64,000 bases of DNA from Octopus bimaculoides (taxonomy: Eukaryota). Under the pieces are notes generated by a model. The model did no database searches, was not told where the DNA came from, and saw only the letters and a program-made list of their open reading frames with translations. The stretch's first letter is position 1. The number at the start of each line of letters is the position of its first letter. The translations under genes and the position numbers were made by a program. The stretch spans positions 36,003,279 through 36,067,278 of the forward strand of contig NC_068985.1 of assembly GCF_001194135.2 (NCBI RefSeq), written 5' to 3'. Shown in pieces: positions 59,515 through 64,000 of this stretch.

Positions 59515-61494
59515 ATATATATATATATGACAGGTTTCCACACAGTTACCATATAGTAAATTTCATTTAAAAGCTATTGGTCAACATGGTACCATGATAG
59601 AAGACATGTGTTGTAGGTTTGAACCTGGAATTATGAGTTTCTGAAACAAACTACTTAGCCCCTCATCTTATATCTATTAAAAACAAATATGTGAATATTT
59701 CAATTTGCACGACACTGGCAAGAGATAATTTACAAAAATGGAAGGTTGTGAATAATGAGCAATTGTAATCTTGAAAATAAAGCTTGTTAATTTCTGTTAT
59801 AATTGGATGCACATAGCAAAGTTTCAGGCCATGTAATTCTATGCAAGTAGAACTAATTATCAATTTGTAGCTGTCTTATTTTTGACTCCAGAAAATTCTC
59901 TGACTAAATCAAACCAGTTTGTCTTTTCTCATTGAAAATTTCTTTGATGGAATTTTTCAGACAAATAGCTTGTATAAATGTGCTGTTTACAGAGATTAGT
60001 TGAACAATTAATAAGAAAATACCATTGTGTAATCAATTATCTGCCTGAACAAAATAATTTCAAGGAAGTCAGACAGGTCTGGTTGAAACTAAAATTAGTA
60101 GATCAGGCAATGCTTGTCAGAAAAGCTCAGCTGCAACAGAACTCCAACTCATCCTCTTCCTCCTCATCATCAAAAATCATCAATGTTTTCACATGTATTT
60201 TTGTTTTTGCTATTGGTTGGACCAGTCTACACCATTCTTTGTGATCCTCTGTCATCATGTCTGTAAGTCCCAGCATTGCACAATCTGATCTCGTTATCTT
60301 TCATTTCCTCCTTTGTCTTCCTCTGTTATGATCCATACACATTACATTTCTATATCACTTTAACACCTTTCCTGCATCAATGAACTAGTAAACTTAATGA
60401 CTTGTTACTCTCTAATATAAATCTATTTCCTTTATGTGTTTCATATAAATTAATGTTGCAAAATCTAATAGATGAAATTCAACTAACACATGCATAAATA
60501 TGTAATTAAGAAGCTTGTTTTGCAACCATGTGGCCTGGGTGCATTTTTATTTCACAACACCATGAACATGTGGCGTCAGTCTTCACCCTTGGTTGATTAC
60601 CTTTTGCTCATATTTAGACATGAGATTAAAAAAGAAAATTATTATTTGCACCTTTCCTTTCATTTTGATTGGCTGGCTTTCTGTTCATTATCAGATGCCT
60701 TGCTTCTAGGTGCATACATAGTGCCAGGCTTGATTTATTCTAGGAATTGTTATTTCTAAACTGCAGAAATATTAAACTAGTTTTCATTTGTAAAGATGAA
60801 GTTAACAGTATGAAAAATTATAAACACCCTTTCTCTAACTCTAACACTTAAGCATTTGAAACTGCAATATCCAGCTAAATAATCTACCTGTTTAATGTTC
60901 AAACTGGCCAGATCCAGCCTCTTGTACCTTCCATACATTGTCATTCTAAAAAATAAGCTACCACATCGCAAAGATACAAGATAACATGATTAACTCAAAT
61001 TAATTTGAATATATAAGAATTCAGGATTAAGGTATTTAAATATTTAGCTATATATTTCATAATATTCAGGTACTCTTTGAATATGTTCAAATTGGAATTT
61101 TAGAATTAGGTAACAATTGCACTGCAAGCAAGCTTGAATTATATGTTTATTATGCTATTATGTTATTTCTAACAGATTGCCAAAAATAGGGCTTAAGCCT
61201 TTACTAAATTCTATTTTAAATTGATTTTAATGAATTAAAATTCTAATGTTGTTTCACTTATCATTCCTGGCCAGAATTAATCATGAAGATAATGATTTTT
61301 TGTCTCTTCACTAAGAGTGTAATTTTTAGCTAATTAAAATTCCTAAGCTTACTACATTAATTATGTTAATGCCCTCTTAACTACTTCTACAGTAGCTTCA
61401 GATTCTTGAATTTTTTCTCCAGCTTTTAAGTTTCTATCAGTACGAAATTTCACTTAGTCTATTTTCTTATTCATCTCATTTGTAAAAACACAAG

Positions 61495-61875
61495 CATGGC
61501 TGTGTGGTAAGTAGCTTGCTTACCAACCACATGGTTCTGGGTTCAGTCCCACTGCATGGCACCTTGGGCAAGTTTCTTCTACTATAGCCTCGGGCCAACC
61601 ATAGCCTTGTGAGGCGATCTGGTAGACTGAAACTGAAAGAAGCCCATTGTATGTGTGTGTGTGTGTGTGTGTGTGTCTGTGTTTGTCCCTCCAACATCGC
61701 TTGACAACTGATGCTGGTGTGTTTATATCCCTGTAAATTAGCTGTTCAGCAAAAGAGACCAATAGAATAAGTGCGAGGCTTACAAAGAATAAGTCCTGGG
61801 GTCGATTTGCTTGACTAAAGGCAGTGCTCCAGCATGGCCACAGTCAAATGACTGAAACAAATAAAAGAATAAAAG
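61495..61875 (+). mobile_element. SINE family A
   Basis: Full family match, with CpG decay. Confidence 0.9.
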
Positions 61876-62229
61876 CTTAAAAGCCACACTGCAGAGGATT
61901 AATTAGGCCTGCAGCCCAAAACTAAAGTGAGCTAATAGCATGACTATAATATGTCTATAATGACTATATGCCCCAGTGGTGTTTGATCAGAAGTTAAGTA
62001 TGGATGAGATCTAATTCTATAATGCAATCATTCTATTGTTCCAATCCCAAGTTGAATCCCAATGGTTGGCCAGTTTGTCCCAAAGTTCTTATCTCAACAT
62101 AAAATGAATGAAGCAAATGTCATTTATCCTCCTCTTGATCTCTGATGTCATCTGATAAATGCCAACCAAGATAGCATGAATCAGTCAAGCTTTACTTGCT
62201 AGAAATAGCAACCCAAACACTTTTAAATT

Positions 62230-62390
62230 AGATCCCAATGCTGGATGTTAATGAACCAAATGAAGAGTAGATTTTCAATCCCAGGATCATCCTGATTCCA
62301 AAAAGGCAAGATATGTCTGTGTAGAGCAAATGTAGACTGAAATATAGGGTCCTGGACAGACAAAATTTTGCATTTATTATAATATAGTTA
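62230..62390 (-). mobile_element. Second copy of the Helitron-like fragment at 30382-30540
   Basis: The reverse complement shares tttggaatcaggatgatcc.gg..tgaaaatct...ttcatttggttc.t.aacatccagcattgggatct. Confidence 0.6.
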
Positions 62391-62842
62391 TATATTCTGC
62401 GACCAGCATTGATTGTGGAATCACAAAATATGCACATGCCATGGATTACAATTTTTTAAAGATGTCCTTAATTGTATAATTCGTGTATTCATCTGAAGAA
62501 AATGTTCTTTTATAATGATATAATGTACTCAATAATCAATTCGTTGGAAACAGCTGTAATGAATTGACACCTATCTATCATTTGTTATTTATTTATGATT
62601 CACTTCTCTTGGAACCTGCTCCTCGTGTATTCTGAAGTATTTAATATAATGTGCATTTCTGAATTAGTCCAAGAGCTGAAGATACGCTCAGTTGGGTTCA
62701 GTTAGTTGTATACATAACCTGAATATCTTTCTGCCTGTAGTTTGATACCAATGTTTGTATTCATGTTGCAGTGTATGCATTTTAATTCTGACCCAACTCA
62801 GTGCCTTGCCATTTAAGTGCCTTATTTATCTGAATCTTAATA

Positions 62843-62874
<32 letters not shown>

Positions 62875-62879
62875 CGCCG

Positions 62880-63580
62880 TCGCCAGTACTTCCTGACTGG
62901 CCCTCGTGCCGGTGGCACGTAAAAGCACGCAATACACTCTCGGAGTGGTTGGCGTTAGGAAGGGCATCCAGCTGTAGAAACTCTGCCAAATCAGATTGGA
63001 GCCTGGTGTCGCCTCCTGGTCCACCAGACCTCAGTCAAATCGTCCAACCCATGCTACTAGCATGGAAAGCGGACGTTAAACGACGATGATGATGATGATG
63101 ATCAGCATCATCGTCATTTAATGTCTATTTTCCATGTTGGCATGGGTTGGACAGTTTAACAGGAGCTGACCAGCTGAGGTGCTTCTCAGGATCCAGTTGT
63201 CTATTATGGCATGGTTTCTATGGCTGGATGCCCTTTCTAATGCCAGCCACTTTAAACAATGTACTGGGTGCTTTTTATGTGGCACCAGCACAAGTGCTAT
63301 TAAAATGAAGCCAGCATAAATGCTGATAATGTAGTGCCTGCAATGTGGCACTAACATAAGTGTTTTTCTACTTGATGTGATACCAGCACCTGCAAGCTTG
63401 CAAGACAAAGGTCTCTTGGCTAAGAGAGGGAGTAGGGAGTGGTTGTGACCAGAAAGGACATGCTTGTATGTATGGATGGATGGTAGTGATTTTACTTAGC
63501 TTGATATGTCTTCTCAAGCATAGCAAATCGCCAGAAGTGTTGGTCCATTGTCATCACCACAATGTGACCAAACACCTAAA
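62880..63580. mobile_element. Two RTE 3' tails arranged tail-to-tail (62880-63100 plus; 63105-63580 minus)
   Basis: The plus copy ends gttaaacgacgatgatgatg. The minus copy begins catcatcgtcatttaatgtc. Confidence 0.82.
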
Positions 63581-64000
63581 GATCCTTTCTTACCATTTCA
63601 TCTCATGCCTTCTATGCAGTGCTTCTATCATTTTATTAACTCATCATATGGAACTCTAGCATAGTGGATAACAGTGACTTCCGGGGTTGGGCATGCAATG
63701 AATTTCTCCCCCCCCCCCCCACGGCAATTTTTCAGTAAATAAATTTTCGTATTCCTACAATTTACATATGGGAGATTCTGAATATGCAATCACCCCCGTA
63801 TGACCTAGAATAAGCAGGGAATAAAAAATGGCTCTGTAAAGATGAGCCTGAAATAAGTGTATTGTTTGTATTTTTCTCTCTCTTCGAAATGTCAGTACTT
63901 TCCCATCCTCACTCTCCCTTAAAATGTCTAAAAATCATAAGTGAAATGTAATAAAGATGATATTGGATTCTGTTAATATTTTTGCATATTCGGAATCTTT

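Overview
AT-rich, repeat-saturated animal genomic DNA with three large assembly gaps (7627-7751, 28965-29907, 47725-48255). It is most likely an octopus, inferred from the SINE and RTE repeat complement and the microsatellite load; no database check was possible. There is no prokaryotic content and no CRISPR array. The only complete host gene is an intronless acylphosphatase (27797-28090, minus). One isolated 102-bp phase 1-1 exon resembles the start of a MAM domain (2487-2588, minus). Nearly all other ORFs in the track are decayed transposon pieces or microsatellite read-through. These include CR1/L2-group, RTE, BovB-like, R4/Dong and CRE-like LINEs, Penelope-like elements (PLEs), mariner and hAT transposase fossils, MITEs, Helitron/Helentron-like pieces and at least three tRNA-derived SINE families. 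The most interesting signals are RNA-level. First, a PLE terminal repeat combines a tRNA-like Pol III head, an (AAT/AAC)n tract and a minimal dimer-type hammerhead ribozyme; six copies form three inverted pairs, and one copy is split by a Merlin-like MITE. Second, RTE LINE 3' UTRs carry tandem ~64-nt units that each fold as a compact H-type pseudoknot. Third, a PHD-type C4HC3 finger sits inside the RT domain of the same RTE family. All motif, translation and fold calls were made by eye.
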